Shown here: piece after piece, positions 43,019 through 54,400 of the stretch
Numbering within the stretch: position 1 is the stretch's first letter
Layout: each line of letters starts with the position of its first letter
Source of the DNA: Macrostomum lignano
Lineage: Eukaryota
DNA length: 64,000 nucleotides
Assembly (NCBI GenBank): GCA_002269645.1
Contig: NIVC01003362.1
Coordinates: forward strand, 38,131-102,130
Direction: 5' to 3'
Notes under the pieces: generated by a model
Seen by the model: only the letters and a program-made list of their open reading frames with translations
Databases searched by the model: none
What the model was told of the DNA's origin: nothing
Position numbers and translations under genes: made by a program

Positions 43019-43952
43019 TCACACAGCGATCCAGACATCGCCAGTATCGTTGACGAAGGCGGTGGCGAAGCTGCTAAGGCGGCAGAGGCCGCTGCTGCTG
43101 TTGAAGCGATAGGAGGAGCAGCTGGCAGTCCGAGCGCAGATGCTTGCGCACTCAACCAGGATCTGCGTCTTGACGTCCCAGCCCAGGGAGCCTGAGAAAG
43201 CAGCAGTGGTGACCAGCTTTGGAGCGGCAGAGGCGGTGACCTTGCGAAAGCTGCGGCTCTCAGAAGCTGCAATGTGTGTCGAAGGTGAGCTAGAGGCGAA
43301 ATATGATCTACGCCACTGTCGAACTAACAACATCGACCTGAGCAGTTTTAGGAATAATGAGACTTCGAAGACTAACCATTGTTGTTTGTATGGAAGGCAG
43401 CCCAGATTAATAAAGTTTGGCCAAGTGGAAGCCTACTTGATTGATGCAGAATTGAGGCAAGGAATCGATCGATGAGACTTTCATACTGATTATCGGAAAA
43501 ATGAATCTCGAAACGCAAGGCTGCAACTCACTCGGTGGATAAACGTTTTCGTAGACGGAGTTTCTGAACCCTGCGCCACACTTCTGTGATGAGTTCCCGG
43601 CGCAACTCATGCTGCAATCGGATTCAGGAGCCGGACCCCAGGAGCCGTAGCTCCAGTCGCACACGCACTGCGAGCTGTACTGCATACCGGCGTATCGGAA
43701 GCCGCCGTAGGTGCAGATTTCGCAGCACAGCTCCACCGTCAGGGCAGCACTGGACAAAATGCCGTTAGTCGGATCCGTGACGCTGAACGGGCCGAGCTGG
43801 GCGATGCCAACGAGGCCCAGCATGTCTCTGTTGCTACCGAAATCAAGGAAGCAGCCGACGTAGACCGGAGTGGCTTTGCGCTGGCACAGCGACCCGGAGA
43901 CCAGCAGAGCGACAGCTACAACAGCCTTCAAGGCAGAGAGGCCGGCCTGCAT
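43019..43952 (-). CDS. Secreted WSC-domain + PAN/Apple-domain protein; exons 43952-43532 and 43266-43019, about 222 aa
   Basis: Hydrophobic signal peptide (MQAGLSALKAVVAVALLVSGSLC). WSC motif YVGCF.D...TVELCCEIC...YAGMQYSSQCVC...SDC...CAGNSSQKCG...RNSVY. Phase-1 donor GTGAGT at 43531 and phase-1 acceptor ATTGCAG at 43267 (alternative at about 43191). Exon 2 contains ECASICARTASCSSYRFNSSSGLCRLS, a PAN-like Cys spacing. Confidence 0.8.
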
Positions 43953-44209
43953 CTTGCTTGAGTTGAGGGTGCAGCAATGGGCTGACTAAAACTGCTTGCA
44001 TTTATTGACTCAAACTGTTTCCCCAGTTCTTTTTCCTCGCCGTCAACTCAGTAGTGGCGGAAAAAGTTTTACTTTGCTACCTGAGCCTTTTCAGCTTCTT
44101 GACTGTGGGCTCTGCTTTTGGTTCGAAATATTGATCTTTCCACCATTCAGTCTCAGAACAATGGCTTTTCTCGTGGGCTTCTCTCTCGAGTGGTTGGCAG
44201 AGCAGCTAG

Positions 44210-45261
44210 TTAGGAGATGCTGGTAGATAGTGCTAGAATATTAGAAAACAAAAGAAACGAAATTTCTAGCCAGCACTGAGCAGGGACACAGGCAGAGGCT
44301 CCCGATCCTCCCTGGCTGTCTGTTTTCCTTCCTTTTTTCTGTGAGGCCCTATGTTTTGTATTTTTTAGATTCAAGCGACAAAGTTTTTTTAATTTACGCT
44401 TATTACCACGAGTATTGCTCTTGGCGGCTTTGTTCTCCTTGAAAACGAATGCCTCACCAATCAGATCAGTTTCCTTATTGACAATGTCCTTATTGTACTG
44501 GAGGTCGTGTAGTTCGGTTCCACCTCGTAGGGCGAAGCACTTGCCGATGTAAAACACCAAAGTGCTCAAAAGTTGTTTCGGATTCTCAGTCCCCAACTGT
44601 CTGCGTTGCCATATAGATCGTGTTCCCCTTCAGTTGAAATTGGCTCGCTGGCTCGCACTCCAGATATGTTTCCCTCACGGACGGTCTCCTTCATAGCAGC
44701 ATCCAACGTCTGTCTCGCCTCCACGAATTGCGGGTCCTTCCACAACGAAATTCTTTCTTCAGCCGATGCGTAATATGGTGTTGAAGCATCGCAAAGATGT
44801 CCTTCAGGTTTGAAGCGTTGTACTTGTCACCGTCCTTTTTGCGTACCTCGAAGAAGATTTTTAGCAGAAACTTCCAATCGCCAGCACTCCACTCCTCCAT
44901 CGGCTTTGTCACCATCAGGCCAGTCTTCTCACCGGATAGAATACTTGCCTGTCGCTCGTCTCGCCATTGGTTAGGTTGACTAGGTAATTTTGAATAGGTT
45001 GAATAGGTTGAGCGCCCATTCCTCTTTGCGTCTTGTGCCGTCAGGGATAGCAGCCTGCAACTTTCGCTGGATATCGTCAGATGACAAGACGGCAAAACGA
45101 CTAGACGATGCTGCTGGAACAGTGTCGTCAGAGTCAGCTGCCGATAGATCGGCAGTAGTCGTAGACGTAAAGGTGGTCGATGCAAGAGCAGTCGTAGATG
45201 TAGTAGTGGTCGATGTGAATAAAGCATCGCTCCATTCGAATTCAAGTTCAGGAAGATCCAT
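44210..45261 (-). pseudogene. Crypton-type tyrosine recombinase / DUF3504 (ZMYM/QRICH1/KCTD1-like domain), frameshifted and C-terminally incomplete
   Basis: Across frames: RFAVLSSDDIQ...TRRKEEWALNLF / WRDER...FFEVRKKDGDKYNASNL / FVEARQTLDAAMKE...G / LGTENPKQLLSTLVFYIGKCFALRGGTELHDL, the typical DUF3504 motif order including the catalytic-Arg LRGG. Frameshifts near 44975, 44750 and 44603. Confidence 0.75.
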
Positions 45262-46365
45262 CGCTCTGTCTCTTTCTATCTCAACTTGTGTAAATAAACA
45301 GCTCGATCCATATAATATACAGGATTTCATTTGACTTTAGTCTAATCATTTAGTCTATGATTGGTCTACGGTTCTGCCCCACACCCGCTCGTCTTACAAG
45401 TGGAGATAAATTTTATCATACCCACTAGAAATTGTTCTATCGCCGAAAGTCCTTGGACGCGTTTCTCAGGCTCGGCTTCGACCCTTACTACATTATGACC
45501 TGGTGCAATAATGCGAATTGCAAGGAGGCAGACGAGTCGTGGATGTCGCGTTCGCCTCGGCCAGAGAAACGCATCCTCGGACTTTCTTTTCCATAGAAAG
45601 TCCATAATGTAGTAAGTCAATAATTTTAAAGTCTTAAAGTCCATAATTTTAAAGTCCATAATTTCTTACTTGTAGCTGGCTTCTGTAAACACGAAGATTC
45701 CAAGGTTGGGCCATAGATATAGATTTAAGAGCCATGCTGTTTAAGCCAAGCAAACCCAGCCAAATCGCAGGCTTTCATTCGTATTATGAGGTTGAGGGTG
45801 AGGTTGGATGAGGTTGGATGTCCCAGCCGAGACAGGTAGTTAAGTCAACCCAGTTGAGAATCTCCATTTGCAGCAGTAGATTTGGTCTTGCCCATAGACA
45901 CAGACAGATAGGCAAAAGGCAAGCAGGTAGACTAAAAAGCAAGCAAATTGATAATTCGGCCATAGGCATCAGCACAAAGATGGATGCCAGCAGCAGCCTC
46001 TCTCAGTTTTCAAAACTGTTTTTGATTTCTCTTCGAGCTCATTGAAATCATGCTGAAACGTCGACTTCCATGCAGTAAGGGGCCTTGGCTGCATATGGTC
46101 TTGCCTTAGTCTATGGGCCATAGACTGCAAAAGCCAAGCAAAGTGATAGAAAGACACCTAAACTGAGAATCCATCGGTTTAGACGAGCGTACGTCGTGTA
46201 CCTTATTTATTCGCAACTTAGACCAAGGCCCATAGACGCAACCCAGGCCCTTCGCAGGCAGCTTATGGTGGATTTTCAGTTTGGGTCGGCTTTATTCTCA
46301 GTTACAATAACAATACTAGAGAAAAAGTAATTTAAAAAAATAGTATATAGTCAACAAGCCAAAAC

Positions 46366-47415
46366 ATGGCAAGCCAAGAATGTGTTGAGCAGATCATGAC
46401 AAAATATGCCAAGCCTCTGGCTTCAAATTCAACCGAGGAGCTTCTAAAGCTGGTTGCCTACATCAATAGCACCCAGCCCAGATTTCTAAGTGACGAGAAA
46501 TTGTGTGCAAAGCTGCTGGGCCGTTCCGACAATGCAATTAGCCTTATGTTCAACGTGTATGCGACTAAGATGGACAGCTTCTATGGTGAGATGCGATTGG
46601 CTAATAAAACTGTTTGCTGGATGTGCGATCGTAATTTGTGTCACTGGCTGCTTAGACCGAGTACTCCAACCCCTATATCATAGACTTGCCACCCGATACC
46701 TTTGAAGCCTCTGTTATCAGCTCTGACACCCTTCTAATCTCCTGTTATCAGCTCTGACACCCTTCTAATCTCCTGTTATCAGCTCTGACACCTTCTAATC
46801 TCCTGTTATCAGCTCTGACACCTTCTAATCTCCTGTTATCAGCTCTGACACCTTCTAATCTCCTGTTATCAGCTCTGACACCTTCTAATCTCCTGTTATC
46901 AGCTCTGACACCTTCTAATCTCCTGTTATCAGCTCTGACACCTTCTAATCTCCTGTTATCAGCTCTGACACCTTCTAATCTCCTGTTATCAGCTCTGACA
47001 CCCTTCTAGCTCCTGTTATCAGCTCTGACACCCTTCTAATCTCCTGTTATCAGCTCTGACACCTTCTAATCTCCTGTTATCAGCTCTGACACCTTCTAAT
47101 CTCCTGTTATCAGCTCTGACACCCTTCTAGCTCCTGTTACTAACTCTGACCTCTTTGGAGCTCATGGAGGACGCAGAAACATTCAAAACTTTCTCATCCA
47201 CAACACCATCACAAGAATCCGAGGTGATCATAGCCCTGAGAGTGTTCGTGGGCCTCTTGGCCTTGTTCGTTCTCTTCTGCTTCTTCTTGGCCCTGTTCGA
47301 GCCGCGCGACGAGGACGAGGCGCTGAAGTGTCTGACATCCTGGCCGGAGCTCGACCTGACTGCGCTGGTCACCGACGGCCCGCCAAAAGTCGAGGCGAAG
47401 CGGCACGCCGAGTAG
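46366..47415 (+). CDS. Probable small membrane protein in two parts (46366-46585 and about 47160-47415); junction unresolved
   Basis: ATG at 46366, donor GTGAGA at 46586. The downstream part has one strongly hydrophobic helix (VIIALRVFVGLLALFVLFCFFLALF) and GC3-rich codons. The best acceptor (47160) is phase 0 while the donor is phase 1. Confidence 0.4.
46703..47135. repeat. 30-31-bp minisatellite (CTCCTGTTATCAGCTCTGACACCTTCTAAT)
   Basis: About 14 tandem copies. Confidence 0.96.
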
Positions 47416-49120
47416 TTGCGGTTTTTTAAATTCCTTTGAAAGCTTTTGTGTTTCTATTTTTGAGTAGTATGATTCCATGTTTAGCTTGTTCTTGAAGTTC
47501 TTGTTCACTGTCGTCATCTCATGGGCCCATTCTCTCCACATTCTCTCCTCATTCTCTCCTCAGTGCACTGTTAAGACTGATGGTGGCTCTAATAAGTGAA
47601 AGCTGCAGACTGCAGCCATTGAAAGTATCCAGTTGGTTGTTAAGTATCATTGGTTATAGTACAAGCAATCGCTAATGAGCCCGTTTGCCTATAAGTCCTA
47701 AGCACCTTCGTAACCAAGGAAACAACTGCAATAATGTGGCTCGTGGCACGCATTGAGCTGGGGACCGGGAATCGAGATGGATTGCCTCTCTTCCGCCTGT
47801 GGGTCTTCAGCGTTGCTGCTCCAACCCGATCCTTGAGGCCCTGTGCATTGGGAGCTTATTGTGAGCTTCCTGCCTCTCTGCATTCCAGTCAAAAGCAGTG
47901 AGGGTTTTACAAAGGTGGTTTTTCTTAAAAAGAGAAATTGCTTTTCGTCACACGGAGAGCAGGGGAGGGGAGAGTTTTGTACGGCCCGACAGCAGAGCTG
48001 CTAAGACGCAGTGCTTGCCCGCAAAGGGTGAAAGCGTTGGTCGGGGGTTGACCGCAACTTTCTAATGCTCCCAGGTGCTTGTCCCAGAAACTCCAGGCTT
48101 TGCTGTCGTGTTTTCTTTGCCTTTCTGCCTCCCAACTTATACTTCAACATTCAGGGCCGCAATAGCCAACATAGAGCGGCTTGTAAATGGAGTTGAAGCC
48201 GCGACCAGAGCAAAAATAACTTTTACAAGAAGAAACTAAATTGAGGAAGGAGGTCCCCGTGAACAGCTGCCTAGAAACCCAGCTAATCCTATTGAACTGT
48301 TTCATTAGTTTTGCCACTAATTGGTTTTCACCTGTAGGGCCGCAGTCTCAGAGCCTGTCTGTGTATTCAGTCTCGATGAACAAAAGCTGATAATATGATC
48401 TAGTTGAATATATTCATTATTGCATTATTAATTAACAATGAAACGGTTTGCACGACGCATTCGGCTTACAATTTTTGGTGTCTTATTTTTGACATTGTTG
48501 CTTGATAGACAAACGATTTTATTGAGGTCGATGCAGGGAGTACGAGCAGGGTGGCCTTTATTAATAGAAGAAGTTCATTTTTATAGTTTGACTTCTACAG
48601 ACGCGGCTACCGAAAAACAGGGAATGATTTGGGTCATTCCACGGGAAATTTATTACGGTATATTGCTTTTTCTAATTGCATGTCGCAGGAAAAAGTGTAC
48701 TATAGGAGAGAGTTTTTAGAGAGCAGTGATGAAAGGAATTGATGGGATTAAATGACAGGTTTGTATTGACTCGCTATAGTGAGTGGATTGATGAAGGGCC
48801 GGGTAGCGGAGTACTAGTTTCAGAGAGTCTGCATGGAATGGCACTTGGCTTGAAAGCCTCACTTTTTCAGAGAGTTCAGTGATGGTACAAGAATTTCCTA
48901 TTCCAGCTTTGAGGTTTCTATCTTCTTTGCCAGAACTTCCTTGCCAGATGTTCTGAATCTAGTACTCCGTGGATGAGTCAAGTTTATAAGAGTACCTGCA
49001 AGCTTTTCGGCTTTTGGGAAAACAGAAAATGGCGAATCATCTTCAATCTCGACTCTGTCTAATGAGTAATGCTGCTCTGCTCCCAACCATACGGATCCTT
49101 GCCAGAGTGAAATGCCTGCT

Positions 49121-52100
49121 TCAAAAGCAATTCGTGCCCGACTTGTCGGTTGACGTTTTCTTTGATTCGCCCGTGCCACCGGCGGCTGTGGCGGCAGCGC
49201 CAGCGGCGGCAGCTGCACCTGAGGCAGCTCCGGCGGCCGAGTTGCCACTGGCCTCGGCAGACAGCTGGTTTGCGCTTCCAGAAGCTGCCACGCCGTCGGG
49301 ACAGTCAACCAGGGGGAAGGCGATGTCCTGCGGTGACCAGGTGGGTAGCCGAAGGTCGAGCTTGTTGACCAAGGTGGCTGGCAGTAGTCGGCCAGCAATG
49401 TAGTGCCTTCTGCCGGCGAACTCCAATGAGCAACGCTTGGGTAGCAGCAAGGAGATCAGCGTGTCTGGCCGAAGGTAGTGCTGCCCGCTGGAGCCAGAGG
49501 GCGCTTTGTCGGCTTCCCAGCCTGTAAAGTAGAGATAATGATTAGCTACTTTAATTTCAAAAGGTTTTGTAATTTTAAGCAGGATGCTGCAACCCAACTG
49601 CTTAAGGTGGGCGTTGTCCAAGCCGGTTCAACCTAGCCGGAGAGTTGGGGTGGCGGGTGCCCCATCCGAGATCTTGGGGAGTGGGTGCCCCAGCCGGGGA
49701 GTTTGGGGTGGTGGGTGCTCTAGCCAGAGAGTTTGGGGTGGCAGGTGCCAGCCGAAGAGTTTGGGGTGGCAGGTGCCCGCCGGAGAGTTTGGGGTGGCGG
49801 GTGCCCCAGCCGGAGAGTTTGGGGTGGCAGGTGCCTGCCGGAGAGTTTGGGGTAGCGGGTGCCCCAGCCGAAGAGTTTGGGGTGGCGGGTGCCCCAGCCG
49901 AGATCTTGGGGAAGTGGGTGCCCCAGCCGGGGAGTTTGGGGTGGCGGGTGCTCTAGCCCGAGAGTTTGGGGTGGTGGTTGCCCCAGCCGGAGAATTTGGG
50001 GGTGGTGGGTGCTCTAGCCAGAGAGTTTGGGGTGGCAGGTGCCAGCTGAAGAGTTTGGGGTGGCAGGTGCCCGCCGGAGAGTTTGGGGTGGCGGGTGCCC
50101 CAGCCGGAGAGTTTGGGGTGGCAGGTGCCTGCCGGAGAGTTTGGGGTGGCGGGTGCCCCAGCCGAGATCTTGGGGTAGCGGGTGCCCCAGCCGAAGAGTT
50201 TGGGGTGGCGGGTGCCCCAGCCGAGATCTTGGGGTAGTGGGTGCCCCAGCCGGGGAGTTTGGGGGTGGTGGGTGCTCTAGCCAGAGAGTTTGGGGTGGCA
50301 GGTGCCAGCCGAAGAGTTTGGGGTGGCGGGTGCCCGCCGGAGAGTTTGGGGTAGCGGGTGCCCCAGCCGAAGAGTTTGGGGTGGCGGGTGCCCGCCGGAG
50401 AGTTTGGGGTGGCGGGTGCCCCAGCCGAGATCTTGGGGTAGTGGGTGCCCCAGCCGGGGAGTTTGGGGTGGCGGGTGCCCGCCGGAGAGTTTGGGGTGGT
50501 GGTTGCCCCAGCCGGAGAATTTGGGGGTGGTGGGTGCTCTAGCCAGAGAGTTTGGGGTGGCGGGTGCCCGCCGGAGAGTTTGGGGTAGCGGGTGCCCCAG
50601 CCGAAGAGTTTGGGGTGGCGGGTGCCCGCCGGAGAGTTTGGGGTGGCGGGTGCCCCAGCCTGAGAGTTTGGGGTGGCAGGTGCCTGCCGGAGAGTTTAGG
50701 GTGGCAGGTGCCTGCCGGAGAGTTTGGGGCGGCGGGTTACCCCATCCGGAGAGTTTGGGGTGGTGGGTGCTCTAGTCATAGAGTTTGGGGTGGCGGGTGC
50801 GCCAGCCGGAGATTTTGGGGTGGTCAGTAGCCTCTGGCCTCACCGCTTGGCACGTCAATACTGACAACAGGCACAGCAGTCTCCGTCAGTTTCTGCAGCA
50901 CATCGGCCAGGTCAGGACGGACAGGCGCCTGGAAGGTGTGGCCAAACAGCGCGTCCACAATCAGGCAGTAGTTATGGTCCAGCACTTGCACATCGCCGGG
51001 CATGTAGCTCAGGAACGGGATGTCCATTTTTTCGCACTGGTTGAGCAGTGAGCGGTAGGCCGCTTTGGCTGGCGTTTTCGGGTAGAATACAGTCAGCTTG
51101 TAGCCCTGGTGTCGGATGGGCGAGACAGGTTTCCAATGAGTCGAGCTAGTGTTTATTGTCATGTGTGCAACGAAAGTACTCGTAGTAAGCACCGGGGGCA
51201 CAGAAAGGGAAGTGATCAGTGGAGACACGCCGGAGAGTGGCTAGGGGAGCCAGTTAACCGTGTGATAACATTTATTATTTAGTACTGGTGTCATTTCTCG
51301 GATATCCTGCAGCTTTGATGTCATCATAAAGTGTGCCTTACCCTTGGTCTTACTTGGCCTAGAATAACCAACGAGCAAGGCTCAAAACAAGGTGAAAGCG
51401 TTCTGTAGAAATTTCTGCAAGTCGCGCGGGTACGCGAAATTCACAAAGAAAATGGGTGTTTCTTTGTTTTCAACCAACAATAGAATTGTTTGCAATGAGA
51501 GAGCAAGTGTAGACGTTTTTTAGAAAACTGTCAGAAGGGATGCAGGTTCCGCCTCAGCCCCATCGGAGAAACTCAGACTCCGGAGATAAAGCAATATCTA
51601 AGTAGGCGAAAGGACAAAATGCTTCAGCGTTTATCGCTAGCGAGCTGCCATCGATCCGCTCCCCACCAATACGGGGGCGTTGCAACATCGATTCAGATGG
51701 GGCAGAGAGGCTGGGGCCGATAGTTCAATGGGTGTTTGGAAGGATTTTTGCAGAAACTCCCTTAGGAAAAGACCCCTCCCCTTGAAGACAGAAATAGCTA
51801 GCTACAAACAGATCACAATTGCTGTTTACTGTTTCCTTCTCCGGCAGCTGGTCAGCAGCCTCAGCGGCATCCTCTGCTCTGAGGGGCTCAGGAAACTGTA
51901 AATATTGCATTAGTCATTTTGCCGCCCCAAGCTCGCCACCCGCGCTGCGCACAGCTGACAAACCTCTGGTCGGTGCTGGGCTCGCGAGGAGGTCCTCGGC
52001 AGTGTGAGCAGCGGGGAATTCCCCTGGGGAGCTGAGCTTTCACAGTCCGGTGGCGAGGTGAGCAACGGCCTGCGGGACTCCTCCGCTCCCCTCTTTTTTC

Positions 52101-54028
52101 CTGTCCCGGATTCCTTCGCTGGGGCCAGAGAGCGGGACTCCCAGATTAATGTCCGGGAGCCCCGCGGGCGCCCTTGGGCTAAAATGGGACAAGATGCGGC
52201 AAAGCGAGCGGCCCCCCATCCATCCTTTTTCCTCTATCCGGCTTCTCCTCGCCGCCGCGAATGAGTTATCTCCGCGACCTCTTCTCACGCCCTGCTAACA
52301 CTGCGGAGGAAAACGACTATACTTTTAATTAATTCCGGAGCTCTGGCTGGCAGTGTCTGGGTGCACCGCTTGACGGCGAGCTAAAAAATAAAAGCCATGA
52401 TGTCGAGAGCCGCCAGCCACGGGCGGGGGCTCTCGGCTCTCTCGTTGGAGGGAGGTCCTTGACCCCTCACTCTCCAAGTATTTGCTTTACTGATTGCGGG
52501 GGGGGGAGCTATTGGGCCCCGGTCTTCAGTGACTGATCATTTGAGGAACAGCCCTAGCAGGATACTAAACTCATAAAACCAACCCTGAGACTAAACCTAG
52601 CTAATATTTCCTGGCAATTCAATTCCTTGGAACGAGAGAGTACAGGGACAGGGAGAGTGGCTTAGCAGCGGAATTAACAAATTAATTAAGGGATAAAGAG
52701 GTGGTATTGGGATTAGCGGGGTATGAGAGCACCAGCTGACGGGATATAGGATCACAGCGAGGGTCAGTATAAGGGATCATAGCGGGGGTCAGTAGGGTAA
52801 ACAAGGGATCACAGTGGGGGCTCAATGAGGATCAGACAGAACTTACAAACAGCTTGAGATATCTGGCGCAGACGAGGCCGAAGCCGCCATTGTTGCCGGG
52901 TCCGCAGCACACCAGCAGAGTTCTCTCCTTAGTCAGCGACTCCTTTGGGTAGATGCGAGCGAAGGCCACGGCAGCGCTGAGCCCGCCGTGCTCAAGCAGC
53001 TGGTCCAGGCTCAGCGAGTACTCGGTGAGCAGCTCGGAGTCGACCTGCTCGGCCTGCTCGCGCCTGAATGACGTCGTTGGGGAAGAGGAGAAGAGGGGCG
53101 TTTTTACGTTTTGGGAAATAGAGAGAAACACAAGTTGTTGTGGTTACGGTTTGAAAAGAAAACAGATTTCTGGAGACTCATCTCGCATCTTTGGAACTTG
53201 GACAGAAGATAAATAAGCTTGCCTTCATTTGTAATCCTGTTAGTAACACTTTCACTTGAACAGAAAAGTTTCTGAATATCTGATCTCACTTAACAGAACC
53301 GACCTCAGGGAGATGTGCATTGGCCCAACCGGTCATGGATTCTTCCAGAGACATATCTCGTTGCAAACCGGTTGCCCTCCGGCCACCTGTCTTTTCTGTG
53401 GCATAGCATAGGAGAGGTGACCGTGGAACATCACGTCACCTTCTGCATACTCTTAATTCAATAAGGCGCGACACAAACACCTCGGCCACCCCCAGTGGAT
53501 GGACGAGCTGACCACCCCAGACAACATCCGTGATCTTTATTCGCGCCTTGGTCCGAGATACCGGCCCGGACAAGGGTCGCCGATGTCTCCTCAGTGAACC
53601 TGCTGTCTACTGGCGGGGGTAAAGCCTTTTTTTACCTTGGGGTTGAGATAGGGGCCTCGCAGCCTAATCCAACTGTACTTTCTAGTCTATAGTCGTATAC
53701 TTGTGAGTGCCCCAGGGTGCAATCGGCGGACTTATCCAGCTAAAACGGCACCGTTTGCTCACGTTAGAAACGAGCACTTCTGAGTGAGATCCTCCGCCTC
53801 TCGCTTGGCCGTCTTCTGCGACTTCTTGCGGAAGCTGAACCGGAACCGGCCGCTGGCGGTCCGGCCGTGGCCGTCCTGGCCGGGCGAGTGCTGCTCCTTC
53901 CGGCTGGGCATGCCGGACGCGAACGGGAGGGCCGCGTCGTCTCCGGCGCCCGTTGTCGGAGCGGTGGATGAGGCAGCGGTGGTGGCGACGGCTGAGGTGT
54001 CCTTGCTAGTTGGCTCCGAGTCGGTCAT
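49121..54028 (-). CDS. YjeF_N-domain protein (NAD(P)HX epimerase NAXE / YJEFN3-like), 4 exons (54028-53763, 53063-52847, 51105-50844, 49521-49121), 381 aa
   Basis: [98 protein letters not shown]...GRRHYIAGR all align to NAXE/YJEFN3. All GT-AG junctions are in phase (2/0/1). Confidence 0.88.
49634..50822. repeat. G-rich about 27-30-bp minisatellite (GGAGAGTTTGGGGTGGCGGGTGCCCCAGCC) in the last YjeF intron
   Basis: About 40 variant copies with higher-order blocks; begins about 20 nt inside the donor at 50843. Confidence 0.95.
52740..52830. repeat. Short degenerate tandem repeat (GGGATCACAGCG.GGGTCAGTA) beside the donor at 52846
   Basis: About 3 diverged copies. Confidence 0.6.
53289..53597 (+). 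mobile_element. 3' fragment of a non-LTR retrotransposon ORF2 (C-terminal CCHC knuckle, R1/LOA/I-like)
   Basis: [13 protein letters not shown]...ATCLFCG-(shift)[11 protein letters not shown]...(shift)ARHKHLG resembles the TGHG...C..C...ET.EH...C...R...LG tail of these clades; it carries stops and frameshifts. Confidence 0.55.
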
Positions 54029-54139
54029 CTCGCCTTTAGGGCTGTCTCTGCATGGCGTTCAGAGGAATTCGTGATATTGACTAGCAACAGCTTTATTTAC
54101 CGTAGTGACGTAATACTCGTCATGTGAGGGGGCGTAGGG

Positions 54140-54400
54140 AATAGACGTGTTACGGAGGGTAGGGAATAGACGGTGTGAGGGAGGATAGAGAAGAGAGGGG
54201 TGAAGGGAGGGTAGGGAAGAGAGGGGTGAGGGAGGGTAGGGAAGAGAGGGGTGAGGGAGGGTAGGGAAGAGACGGTGTGAGGGAGGGTAGGGAAGAGATG
54301 GTATAAGGGAGGTTAGGGAAGAGAGGGTGTGAGTGAGGGAGGGGTAGAGAAAGAGAGGGTGTCAGGGAGGGGTAGGGGAAGAGAGGGTGTCAGGGAGGGT
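54140..54400. repeat. Polypurine minisatellite (GGGAGGGTAGGGAAGAGAGGGGTGA)
   Basis: Degenerate tandem copies of about 25 bp. Confidence 0.88.

Noticed and set aside
42884-43195. Plus-strand acidic ORF as an alternative DAT last exon
   Set aside because: It is the antisense of the PAN exon of the WSC-PAN gene, and its phase does not match the DAT exon 10 donor.
45695-46240. Repeated GCCCATAGAC motifs and the near-palindrome AGTCTATGGGCCATAGACT
   Set aside because: Suggests MITE ends, but I could not define paired TIRs with a TSD.
48898-49398. Alternative-frame ORF overlapping the last YjeF exon
   Set aside because: The YjeF homology is in the 49121-49521 frame; this frame shows no independent motif.
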